In this document: positions 32,924-41,443 of the stretch, piece by piece
Numbering within the stretch: the stretch's first letter is position 1
Layout: every line of letters starts with the position of its first letter
Origin: Chloroflexota bacterium
Lineage (GTDB): Bacteria; Chloroflexota; Dehalococcoidia; Lucifugimonadales; UBA1127
Length of the DNA: 64,000 nucleotides
Assembly (NCBI GenBank): GCA_026713825.1
Contig: JAPONS010000049.1
Span: 64,340 to 128,339 of the forward strand
Reading direction: 5' to 3'
Made by a program: the position numbers and the translations under genes
The notes under the pieces: model-generated
What the model was told of the DNA's origin: nothing
The model's database searches: none
What the model saw: only the letters and a program-made list of their open reading frames with translations

Positions 32924-33226
32924 TAGCGGACACGGCACATTTCACTTACAAGACGAGAAAAAAAATTAAGGCACTGTCTCTCTGGTTATGTCATGTAACG
33001 AGCACACTGGTGTGTGGGGGTGGCCGCAAGCAACGAAGAAACTGGTGACCTCGGTGTTGTGCGACGGCGATGCGGGGGCGGCGGTTGCGTGTGTCATGGC
33101 TCGACGGTAGCGGAGGGCGAGGGTTGGGGGCAATGGGGTTGTGGCAGGGTGTGTGGGGCCCCGACGACCTCGATGGTGAACGCGGCGACGCTGGCGCCTT
33201 CGGTTGCCTTTCCTCCCGCTGCTAAC

Positions 33227-33385
33227 CTACGGGTGGTGGTGGGATTCTGCGTAGTGGAGGGCCAGGGGGTCTGTGCCGAAGTCTCCTCTTGGGTTTCGCA
33301 GGACGCTGTGGGTGTGGTTGGCGTCGTTCTGCGTGCAGTCGTACTCGATGAGGAGGTCGTCGGACTGGACGCGGTAGCAGAGCGG
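33227..33385 (-). pseudogene. Remnant of the 3' end of a DUF3500 gene (duplicate of 34232-34390)
   Basis: Translates to ...YRVQSDDLLIEYDCTQNDANHTHSVLRNPRGDFGTDPLALHYAESHHHP*, nearly identical to the C-terminus of the intact gene. Homology stops upstream of YRVQ. Confidence 0.8.
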
Positions 33386-33419
33386 CGAGCGGAGCTCCGA
33401 CCCACTTTGATGCTCAAGC

Positions 33420-34103
33420 CTATGGTGGGGATCCATGACCTTCCCAGTCAGCTGTCGCCCCGCCTAACTCATGGTATTGTTCTTCGCTTGAAGCAGCCAA
33501 CAGTCGCCAACTTACGAGACACAGGCTTCCATACAAGATCCCTTCTGCCAGTCGCTGTAGCAATCCTCGCCACGGGTCGAAGTCGGGTGCAAGCGCCAGC
33601 ATGTAAAGGGTGATAAAGACCGCGGCCAACAACACCCAGCCCGCTCGTCTGTGGGGCGCAAGGTTCTTGTTGAGCGACAGAAGCACCAATCCCAACGTGG
33701 TCATGAGAAGTGTGAACACGCTCAAGAGATTGTGGACATTTTGGGAAATACTGCCGGTACTTGGACAACCTAGATCACAAGGAGCAAACGCCGAGCCAAG
33801 GTAAGCGATCGGTTCGCCGGAAAGCAACCACATGCCCATTAAGCCAATACCGGTCAGTTGTGTAATTCGAGCAACCGTGACCAGCATGAAAAGGCCAAGC
33901 AGGCCGAGGGGCAAAAACCCCAAATAGCCGATGTGCCAGCTCCATTCCGAACCTGTGGCATTGAGTTCGCTAATGTATTGACCAATATGACTGTAGTCGG
34001 CCTTCAGTGATGCGCCACCGAACACCACCGTCACGTAAAGCAGGATGAGCGCAGTGATGATCAAACGCTTACCCATCCAGAATCTGTATCTGTTCAAATC
34101 CAA
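33420..34103 (-). CDS. DUF998-like polytopic membrane protein (low-GC cassette)
   Basis: Hydrophobic protein with ADYSHIGQYISELNATGSEWSWHIGYLGFLPLGLL, typical of DUF998. TTG start at 34103 (alternative ATG at 34076). Visibly lower GC than the flanks. Confidence 0.65.
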   Translation of the reverse strand: MDLNRYRFWMGKRLIITALILLYVTVVFGGASLKADYSHIGQYISELNATGSEWSWHIGYLGFLPLGLLGLFMLVTVARITQLTGIGLMGMWLLSGEPIAYLGSAFAPCDLGCPSTGSISQNVHNLLSVFTLLMTTLGLVLLSLNKNLAPHRRAGWVLLAAVFITLYMLALAPDFDPWRGLLQRLAEGILYGSLCLVSWRLLAASSEEQYHELGGATADWEGHGSPP

Positions 34104-34143
34104 TCCCTTACACGAAGTCCCTTGCCAATCGCGAGACGGCTTC

Positions 34144-34177
34144 CCGGACTGTGAATCCGGACACAGTCCGGATTTTT
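34144..34177 (+). terminator. Perfect 10-bp hairpin plus T-run between the DUF3500 stop and the DUF998 start
   Basis: CCGGACTGTG (34144-34153) pairs with CACAGTCCGG (34162-34171), then ATTTTT. The T-run is on the + strand while both neighbouring genes are on the - strand, so function is uncertain. Confidence 0.35.
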
Positions 34178-34231
34178 CGGCTTACGCATCCTGGCCGTGC
34201 AACTCTTGAACCCGAATATCAAGCTGATTGC

Positions 34232-35329
34232 CTACGGGTGGTGGTGGGATTCGGCGTAGTGGAGGGCCAGGGGGTCTGTGCCGAAGTCTCCTCTTGGGTT
34301 GCGGAGGACGCTGTGGGTGTGGTTGGCGTCGTTCTGCGTGCAATCGTACTCGACGAGGAGGTCGTCGGACTGGACGCGGTAGTAGTGGGGGGCTTCGCGC
34401 TCGGACGAGCCCGCCCACGCGAAGTGCAGCTCCTGAAGGCTGTCGGGCTCCAGCAGGGGCGCGTAGCCGTCGACGATCTCATCCGGCAGATGGTCGAGGT
34501 AGACGCGGACGAGGCGCGCGAGGGCGTCGCGCTGGGCGGCGTCCATGGCGCTGGCGGGCAGGCCCTTGGGCGTGAGGGTGTAGCGGACCATGTCGTCGAG
34601 CTCGGGGGTGAGGCCGAGGGCCGTGCGGAGGCGCTCGCCGCCGGGGCCGGGGCCGCCGATGGGGGGCATGGCGCCGTCCTCGACCTGCGGGCGGTTGGTC
34701 TGGACGATGTCGGTTGGCGGCACGGGCGCGATGACGGCCCGCGAGAGCTGCTCGGGTGACAGGAGGGCGAGGAGCTCTCGGGCGGCGTCCTCCTCGGCGG
34801 CCAGCGGGCGCAGACCGACGCCGCCGGGAAGCAGCGAGCGTGCGGGCTCGGCGCCGAAGAAGGCGGGCGTCGGGTATACGAGGCCGCCGCGCACGGTGTA
34901 GTGGAGGCTCAGGTGGTGGCCGCCGATGCGCCAGCTCCAGCCGCTCTCATCGCCGGGCGTGCCGAAGACGGCGACGAAGTAGTTGGCGGGGTCGCGCAGG
35001 CGGGTGCCCGGCAGGTCGCCGTAGGTGCGGTCCGGGAAGTTCGACGAGCGGTCAACGACGTTCTCCATGCCCGTGAGCAGCGACGCGTAGTTGTAGCCGC
35101 GCTCGCTGAGCCCCGTCGCCATGAGCTGCCAGACCTTCTGCTGCTGTCGGGGGGCAAGGTCGCCGAGGCGCAAGCCCGCGCGCGGGGTGGGCGTGTAGAA
35201 CCAGCGCCGGCGCTCCTCCTCGTCGCCGAAGGGGAACGTCCCGGCGCTGCGCTGCTCGGGGGACAGCGCGGCGAGGAACTCGGACGCCGCCTGTGCCATT
35301 GTGTCCGCGAGGGCCGAGACCTTCTCCAT
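34232..35329 (-). CDS. DUF3500 family protein
   Basis: Start at MEKVSALADTMAQAASEFLAALSPEQR (residue 178 of the track ORF). Family-typical blocks: FPFGDEEERRRWFYTP, WRIGGHHLSLHYT, HYYRVQSDDLLVEYDCTQNDANHTHSV. Confidence 0.8.
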   Translation of the reverse strand: MEKVSALADTMAQAASEFLAALSPEQRSAGTFPFGDEEERRRWFYTPTPRAGLRLGDLAPRQQQKVWQLMATGLSERGYNYASLLTGMENVVDRSSNFPDRTYGDLPGTRLRDPANYFVAVFGTPGDESGWSWRIGGHHLSLHYTVRGGLVYPTPAFFGAEPARSLLPGGVGLRPLAAEEDAARELLALLSPEQLSRAVIAPVPPTDIVQTNRPQVEDGAMPPIGGPGPGGERLRTALGLTPELDDMVRYTLTPKGLPASAMDAAQRDALARLVRVYLDHLPDEIVDGYAPLLEPDSLQELHFAWAGSSEREAPHYYRVQSDDLLVEYDCTQNDANHTHSVLRNPRGDFGTDPLALHYAESHHHP

Positions 35330-35501
35330 GTCATGCTCCTTTGGGCCGGTTGCGCTCGGCGTACGTGTGCGCCCGTGCTCGCGCCCGTGGAACGCGAGTC
35401 GAGTATAGTATAGCCTCGGTGTTCGTGGCGGCAATGACGGACTGTAGTCACGCCCCAGACGCACTGGAACGGCCACAAATCGCACCCATACGGAGAGAGA
35501 C

Positions 35502-36074
35502 ATGACGCGCATCAAGCCGATCACCGACAAGGCGCAGCTGCCGCCGGAGCAGCACCACGAATGGGACGCGATCCTGGCCGAGCGCGGGCGCGTCCGAGGG
35601 CCGTTTGGGGTGTTGCTCCACAGCCCGGGGCTCTCGATGGGCTTCCTGGGGAGCGTCGCCAACGCGCATCCCCACGGCGTGGTGAGCGACGCGCTGCACG
35701 AGCTCGCGATCCTGGCCGTCGCGTACGAGGACGACGCGCCGTACCAGTGGTCGGCGCACGTCGCGCCCGCTCGCGCCGCGGGGGTGAGCGACGCGGCGAT
35801 CGAGGCCGTGCGCGCGGGCGACGACGCGGGCGGCCTCGGCGAGGACGAGCGCGGGGTCATCGAGCTGTGCCGTCAGCTATGCCGCACGAACCGCGTCGAG
35901 CAGGCGCTGTTCGACGAGCTGACGGCGCGGCAGGGCGAGCGGTGGGGGATCGTGATGATCGCGACCGTTGGCCTCTACCGGTACGTGGCCGCCGTCAACA
36001 ACGCCTTCGAGATCGACGTGGTCGAGGGTGACGACCAGTTGCCGGTGCGGCGGGGGTTCCACAGCGGGGGGTAG
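35502..36074 (+). CDS. Carboxymuconolactone decarboxylase (AhpD-like) family protein
   Basis: 190 aa; the HELAILAVAYEDDAPYQWSAHV helix pair is typical of the CMD family. There is no CxxC. Confidence 0.7.
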   Translation: MTRIKPITDKAQLPPEQHHEWDAILAERGRVRGPFGVLLHSPGLSMGFLGSVANAHPHGVVSDALHELAILAVAYEDDAPYQWSAHVAPARAAGVSDAAIEAVRAGDDAGGLGEDERGVIELCRQLCRTNRVEQALFDELTARQGERWGIVMIATVGLYRYVAAVNNAFEIDVVEGDDQLPVRRGFHSGG

Positions 36075-36100
36075 CATTGAGGGAGAGGAGTCTCACAGGC

Positions 36101-37321
36101 ATGCCCATTCACGCCATGCAGTTTGACGCTGACGACCGGGGGCCGCTGGACGGTTTGCGGGTGCTCGACATGTCCCGGCTGGTGGCGGGGAACATGCTGA
36201 CGCTGCAGCTTGGGGACTTTGGGGCGGAGGTCGTCAAGATCGAGCCGCTGCCGAACGGCGACCCGCTGCGGGCGTGGGGCGACAGCTCCGTCGAGACGCA
36301 CTGGAAGACGTACTGCCGGAACAAGAAGAGCGTGTCGGTCAACTTGCGGGAGGCCGACGGTCGCGCCCTCGTGCGGCGGCTGGCGAGGGACGCGGACGTG
36401 CTGGTGGAGAACTTCATCCCCGGCCGGCTGGAGGAGATGGGGCTGGGGCCGGAGGTCCTGCAGGAGGACAACCCGGGGCTGATCATCGTGCGCGTTTCCG
36501 GGTTCGGGCAGACGGGGCCGTACCGGGAGCGGCCGGGGTTCGGCACGCTGGTGGAGGCGATGTCGGGGTTCGCGGACCACAACGGCTTCGCCGACCGCGA
36601 GCCGGTGCTGCCGCCGATGGCGCTGGCGGACATGGCGGCGGGCCTGTACGGCGCGATGGCTGTGCTGATCGCGGTGCGCGAGCGCGAGGTGAAGGGCGGC
36701 GCGGGGCAGGTGATCGACCTCTCGCTACTGGAGCCTATCTTCTCCATCCTGGGCGCCGACGCCGCGGGCTATCGCGTCGACGGGAGCATCAAGCAGCGCG
36801 TGGGCAGCGCCTCGAACACGGCGTCACCGCGCAACGTGTACGCGACGCGGGACGGCAAGTGGGTGGCAATGTCAGCATCGATCCAATCGATGGCGGAGCG
36901 CGTGTTCCGCGTCGTGGGGCGCGAGGACGCCATCGACGACCCACGCTTCAGGAACAACGCCGAACGGGTGCTGCACCGTGCCGAGGTGGACTCCATCATT
37001 GGCGGCTGGATGGCCGAGCGGAGCCTCGACGAGGCGCTCGCCGAGCTGAACGGCGCGGGGGTGACGGCCGGGCCCGTGTACGACATCGCGCAGTTCCTCG
37101 ACGACCCGCACGTCATCGAGCGCGAGGTGGTGGTCGACCTGCCGGACGCGGACGTGGGAACGGTGCCGGTGCACAACATCGTGCCACGGCTGTCTCGGAC
37201 GCCGGGGACGTTCCGCTACCCGGCGCCCACGCTGGGGCAGCACAATGACGAGGTCCTCGGCGGCGCGGGCGTGTCCGCCGACGAGCTTGCCGAACTGAGA
37301 GCGCGAGGGGTGATTGGATGA
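36101..37321 (+). CDS. Family III CoA-transferase (CaiB/BaiF/Frc type)
   Basis: GLRVLDMSRLVAGN..LGDFGAEVVKIE near the N-terminus and a catalytic-Asp region (SGFADHNGFADREP). GGGAGAGGAG SD before the ATG at 36101. Confidence 0.88.
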   Translation: MPIHAMQFDADDRGPLDGLRVLDMSRLVAGNMLTLQLGDFGAEVVKIEPLPNGDPLRAWGDSSVETHWKTYCRNKKSVSVNLREADGRALVRRLARDADVLVENFIPGRLEEMGLGPEVLQEDNPGLIIVRVSGFGQTGPYRERPGFGTLVEAMSGFADHNGFADREPVLPPMALADMAAGLYGAMAVLIAVREREVKGGAGQVIDLSLLEPIFSILGADAAGYRVDGSIKQRVGSASNTASPRNVYATRDGKWVAMSASIQSMAERVFRVVGREDAIDDPRFRNNAERVLHRAEVDSIIGGWMAERSLDEALAELNGAGVTAGPVYDIAQFLDDPHVIEREVVVDLPDADVGTVPVHNIVPRLSRTPGTFRYPAPTLGQHNDEVLGGAGVSADELAELRARGVIG

Positions 37322-38211
37322 CTGACGGACGGAGGCTCCCGGTATGGCGGTCGCTGCTGTACGTGCCGGCCAACGTGGAACGCTTCGTCGCGAGGGCGCA
37401 CGAGCGGGGCGCGGACGGCATCATCCTCGACCTGGAGGACTCGGTGCCGCTGTCGGAGAAGGCGTCGGCGCGGGCGGGCGTACAGGCGGCGGCGGAGCGC
37501 GCCGGGCAGGCGGGCGCGGACGTGCTGGTGCGCGTCAACCAGCCGCTGCGGCTGGCGGCGCCGGACATCGAGGCGTGCGTATCGCCGGCGGTCGACGCCC
37601 TCGCGCTGCCGAAGCTCGCGGGGCCCGACCACGTGCGGCTGCTCGACGAGCTGGTGTCGGAGCTGGAGGCCGAGCGTGGGATGGCGGTGGGCTCGACGGC
37701 GTTCCTGGCGATGATCGAGACGCCGGAGGCATTCTTCCAAATCGGCGAGATCGCCAAGGCGAGCACGCGCATTGCGGCCATCACCATCGGCGCGGAGGAC
37801 CTGGCGTCGTCGCTGGGGATGCAGCCGGACGCGGAGACGCTGCTGTACCCGAAGACGCAGTCCGTGTACGCGGCGAAGGCGGCGGGGGTGATGGCGCTGG
37901 GCATCTTCGGCACGGTGGCCGACTACAAGGACCTGGACGCGGTGCGGGAGGTCGCGCTCAAAGCGAGGCGGTTCGGGCTGGAGGGCGCATCGTGCATCCA
38001 CCCGAGCGTGGTGCCGGTGCTCAACGAGGCGTTCAGCCCGGGCGAGGCGGAGGTCGCGCTGGCCAAGCGCATCATCGAGGCGAACGACGAGGCGGAAAAG
38101 AGCGGGCGCGGCTCGTTCGAGCTCGACGGCAAGATGATCGACGTGCCGGTGGTGCGGCGAGCGCAGGCGCTGCTCGCGCGGCACGAGGCGATTGTGGCGC
38201 GGGGCGTGTGA
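37318..38211 (+). CDS. HpcH/HpaI aldolase / citrate-lyase beta (CitE)-like acyl-CoA lyase
   Basis: LLYVPANVERFVARAHERGADGIILDLEDSV and AMIETPEAF motifs. The ATGA overlap with the CoA-transferase stop implies coupling. Confidence 0.85.
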   Translation: MTDGRRLPVWRSLLYVPANVERFVARAHERGADGIILDLEDSVPLSEKASARAGVQAAAERAGQAGADVLVRVNQPLRLAAPDIEACVSPAVDALALPKLAGPDHVRLLDELVSELEAERGMAVGSTAFLAMIETPEAFFQIGEIAKASTRIAAITIGAEDLASSLGMQPDAETLLYPKTQSVYAAKAAGVMALGIFGTVADYKDLDAVREVALKARRFGLEGASCIHPSVVPVLNEAFSPGEAEVALAKRIIEANDEAEKSGRGSFELDGKMIDVPVVRRAQALLARHEAIVARGV

Positions 38212-38223
38212 CGCGTTTGATGA

Positions 38224-38406
38224 TTACGGGTGCATGCCGGGGCCGCTGAGGTCCGCCATCGACAGGTTCTGGCAATTGGTGCAGGCGTCCTTGCCCCCCA
38301 TGCCCGGATATGAATTGGCAGGCTGAATCCGGGCCCCTACGGGGCAGTCGCTGTAGAAGTGGAAAATCTTTGTGCTCTTGTCGTGGTAAGGCTTGACCTG
38401 CGGCAT
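38224..38406 (-). CDS. Small Cys-containing hypothetical protein (60 aa)
   Basis: MPQVKPYHDKSTKIFHFYSDCPVGARIQPANSYPGMGGKDACTNCQNL..., with a strong GGAGGTGG SD directly upstream of the ATG at 38406. Confidence 0.5.
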   Translation of the reverse strand: MPQVKPYHDKSTKIFHFYSDCPVGARIQPANSYPGMGGKDACTNCQNLSMADLSGPGMHP

Positions 38407-38504
38407 TGTCCACCTCCTGCTCTTGACCCCGGTCCGCCTACATGCCGCAAAGCTTACGCAAACTGGCGCACGGGTCAAGGGCGCGATGTATGCGCCTCGG
38501 TTCG

Positions 38505-38633
38505 TGCTTCGATTTCCCTCAGGGCGAACGGGGGGGGCGGGCGATTACAAGGTCGTCCCTACGGCTCCGCCCCCGCTGCCCCCTCTGGATACCGGCTTCC
38601 GTGGTATGCCGGGGCAGGTCGCCCCTACGCCCT
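38505..38633. repeat. Cluster of REP-like repeat units
   Basis: CTTCGATTTCCCTCAGGGCGAACGG, GTCGTCCCTACGG, CTGGATACCGGCTTCCGTGGTATGCCGG, GGTCGCCCCTACG. Confidence 0.75.
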
Positions 38634-38645
38634 TGCGGTAGCCTC

Positions 38646-38654
38646 TGCTATGCT
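38646..38654 (+). promoter_or_regulatory. Extended -10 element TGCTATGCT upstream of Rieske paralog 2
   Basis: Located 30 nt upstream of the ATG at 38684. A GGGAGG SD lies between them. Confidence 0.4.
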
Positions 38655-38683
38655 GTGTGGCATAGTAGCCTGGGAGGTTGTTC

Positions 38684-39985
38684 ATGCTGACGCGCGAGGA
38701 CAACGAGCTCATCTGCCGCACGGGACCCGGCACGCCGATGGGGCGTGTGCTCCGGCGCTACTGGCATCCCTGCCTGCTTTCCTCCGACCTCCCCAACAAC
38801 GACGGCCCGCCCGTGCAGGTGAAAATCCTCGGCGAGAACCTCGTCGCGTTCCGCGATGGCGAGGGGCGCGTGGGGCTCATCGGCGAGCGTTGCCCGCACC
38901 GGGGGGCGTCGCTGTACTACGGGCTGAACGGCGGTGGCGGGCTGATGTGCATCTACCACGGCTGGAAGTTCGACGCGGACGGCAACTGCGTCGACATGCC
39001 CTCGGACATGCCCGGCAGCCGGTTCCTGGAGAAGGTGCACACGACGTCGTACCCGGTCGTCGAGTCGGCAGGCATGGTGTGGGCGTACATGGGGCCGCGG
39101 GATCTGCAACCTCCGCCGCCGGACTTCCTCTTCAACCGGCTGCCGCTCGATCAGGTCGTGGCGGCGAAGTCTCCCGTGTACTGCAACTACCTGCAGAGCA
39201 TTGAGGGGAACATCGACTCGTCGCACCTGGGGACTCTTCACCGGCGGCACGCGGACTTTACCCTTGAGCCGGACGAGACGGACCGGCCGGGGGTGCCGTC
39301 GGCGAACCAGCGGTCGTACCTGCTGGCGCACTACCGCTTCGCCGAAATCAACGTGCAGGACACGGCGTACGGCTTCCGGCTCATCGGCATGCGGCCGACG
39401 GACGCGGGGCACCGGCACCTGCGCATCACCAGCCACGTCTTCCCCGTGTGCAGCATGATCGCCAGCCCGGGCGTGGCAAGCGGCACCTTCTTCATCGTGC
39501 CGACGGACGACGACAACTGCATGCGCTTCTTCGTGCGGTGCAACCCCGACCGGGCGATCACCGACGACGAGCGCGCGTCGACGTACGCGGAGAACACGAT
39601 CATGGACCCGGCCGACCCTCGGCGGCGGCTCAAGCGGGCCGACAACGAGTACCTGATCGACCGCGCGGTGCAGCGGACAACGCTCGTCTCCGGCATCTGG
39701 CCGAACCCGGAGCAGGACTACGCGGTGACGGAGAGCATGGGGCGCATCGTCGACCGGACGCGCGAGCACCTCTACTCGGCCGACGGGGCGATCATCCGGC
39801 TGCGGCAGCTCATGATCCGCGCGGCCAAGGGTCTCGACGAGGACATCGACCTGCCGGCGCTCGACCCGGGCATCCCGTACCACCTGATCCGCTCAGAGGA
39901 GGTCATCGTGCACGAGGACGACGACCCGTGGCTCGCGGGCGCGGACGCAGGGGAGACGGCGCGGCCGGGGGAGCGGCTGTGGTAG
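38684..39985 (+). CDS. Rieske [2Fe-2S] ring-hydroxylating oxygenase, alpha subunit (paralog 2, full length)
   Basis: CPHRGASL...CIYHGWKF Rieske motif. Collinear with the gene at 3-1208 (e.g. VWAYMGPR, NYLQSIEGNIDSSHL versus NWVQAMEGDIDTAHL). Confidence 0.9.
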   Translation: MLTREDNELICRTGPGTPMGRVLRRYWHPCLLSSDLPNNDGPPVQVKILGENLVAFRDGEGRVGLIGERCPHRGASLYYGLNGGGGLMCIYHGWKFDADGNCVDMPSDMPGSRFLEKVHTTSYPVVESAGMVWAYMGPRDLQPPPPDFLFNRLPLDQVVAAKSPVYCNYLQSIEGNIDSSHLGTLHRRHADFTLEPDETDRPGVPSANQRSYLLAHYRFAEINVQDTAYGFRLIGMRPTDAGHRHLRITSHVFPVCSMIASPGVASGTFFIVPTDDDNCMRFFVRCNPDRAITDDERASTYAENTIMDPADPRRRLKRADNEYLIDRAVQRTTLVSGIWPNPEQDYAVTESMGRIVDRTREHLYSADGAIIRLRQLMIRAAKGLDEDIDLPALDPGIPYHLIRSEEVIVHEDDDPWLAGADAGETARPGERLW

Positions 39986-40077
39986 GGGGAGTCCGCTCTA
40001 ATGGAAATCACAAAGTAACTAGAGATACATCACGGACTGCCCATTATGTGCGCGCCGGATTCTACGCTACTCGCTCC

Positions 40078-41211
40078 TTAAGAAAGGCTTAGAAATCGTC
40101 GTCCTCCTCCGAACCCAAACCCAGGCTCGTGTATCAAGATCAAGCCGGTTTCACCTTCTGGGATTTGGAAGCAGATGTTGCCGATTGTTTGTCCTCCAGA
40201 AAAAACCTCGACGCTCCCAAGTGCGTCAGGGATGACAGAGAAGCCACAAGAGGGGTCGTAGACCACGCGGTTATTCCCAATGAGATTGAAGTCATAACTT
40301 GCAACCTCAACTGAGCCGGACGCATCGGAAGGATAAGCAACTTCAACAGAGATCATAAAGAAACGCATCCCCTTCTCAGGGGAATCGTTAAACTGGTTTT
40401 CCGCAGCTATTTGCTCGCGAGCGTCCTGAACAATTCCAAGCACTCGAATGACTGTACCGTCGGATCCCATCAGGACTTCTCCGGCAGATACAGGATCGTC
40501 GAGGGTGAACCCTGATGGTGGCACAGGGACAGCCATAGCACCTAGAGAGAAGACGGCTTGTCCCAACGTAAAGATATCACCGGAGAACCGCCAAGTCAGA
40601 CCCGTTGCAGTCGTGGGGATTTGAAATCCCGCCTCTCCTCGGAGAGTTCCTCCCGGACCAATTTCACCGTCTGGCGAAGCGCTGCCAGAGGCAGCAACGG
40701 CGGTGAAATCAATGTCGTATGACCTCCCTTCAGCATCGCGAATCTCCATTTGCAGCAAAGTGCTGACTACTTCAGGTTGAGGTCCTTCGTTTCGAAATGT
40801 GACATCTACGTATACGAAGTAATTTCCTGCCTCAGGCATCCACAAGCTATCGCCAAGAGAGCCTCGTACACCATTCACAGTGATATGAAGGTCGCCAAGT
40901 CGCACGGTATCTCCGACATTGAATACTTGGGGTTCAGGTATTGCAGTGGGTTCAGGGGTTGGTGTCGCAGCAGTAGCAGTGGGTTCAGCGGCAATTGTCG
41001 GGACGGGTGTAGCTGCCGGGGTGTCGGTTGCAACCGTCGTGGGTTCAGGATCGGGTGCCGATGGTTCAGCGCTTGCGGCTGTAATAGGTGCAGTTGCCGG
41101 AGTATCGGCTGGCTCTGCTGTGGCTACTAACTCCGGCTCTTCTGTAGCGCAGGCAATCATGGCGACCACCAGCAACACCAACATTGGTATGATTGGAGCT
41201 CTAGGGTTCAT
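40078..41211 (-). CDS. Lipoprotein with Thr/Pro/Ala-rich linker and DUF4352-like Ig-fold domains (low-GC)
   Basis: Start at MNPRAPIIPMLVLLVVAMIAC (lipobox). PT-rich linker, then FNVGDTVRLGDLHITVNGV...YFVYVDVTFRNEG, typical of DUF4352. A second similar module is C-terminal. Confidence 0.65.
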   Translation of the reverse strand: MNPRAPIIPMLVLLVVAMIACATEEPELVATAEPADTPATAPITAASAEPSAPDPEPTTVATDTPAATPVPTIAAEPTATAATPTPEPTAIPEPQVFNVGDTVRLGDLHITVNGVRGSLGDSLWMPEAGNYFVYVDVTFRNEGPQPEVVSTLLQMEIRDAEGRSYDIDFTAVAASGSASPDGEIGPGGTLRGEAGFQIPTTATGLTWRFSGDIFTLGQAVFSLGAMAVPVPPSGFTLDDPVSAGEVLMGSDGTVIRVLGIVQDAREQIAAENQFNDSPEKGMRFFMISVEVAYPSDASGSVEVASYDFNLIGNNRVVYDPSCGFSVIPDALGSVEVFSGGQTIGNICFQIPEGETGLILIHEPGFGFGGGRRFLSLS

Positions 41212-41443
41212 TATAAAGGGACCCCCTCGCAGCAAGGATTCGGCGCGTTGGGCAACGTACCTTATCCCCATGCTGTGCGCTGCGAGAGGGCCATAGAGGC
41301 CGAGTCCTCGCACGCACAGTGAGAGTGAGACGTTGCCCAACGCACGAATAGGTTAGGATGATGGAGTACCCTTGTCAAACTCAGAAGGGTTTATGGGTAA
41401 TCAACTATATAAGTTCCTAATGGAGGCTAGGAGGGACTAAAGC

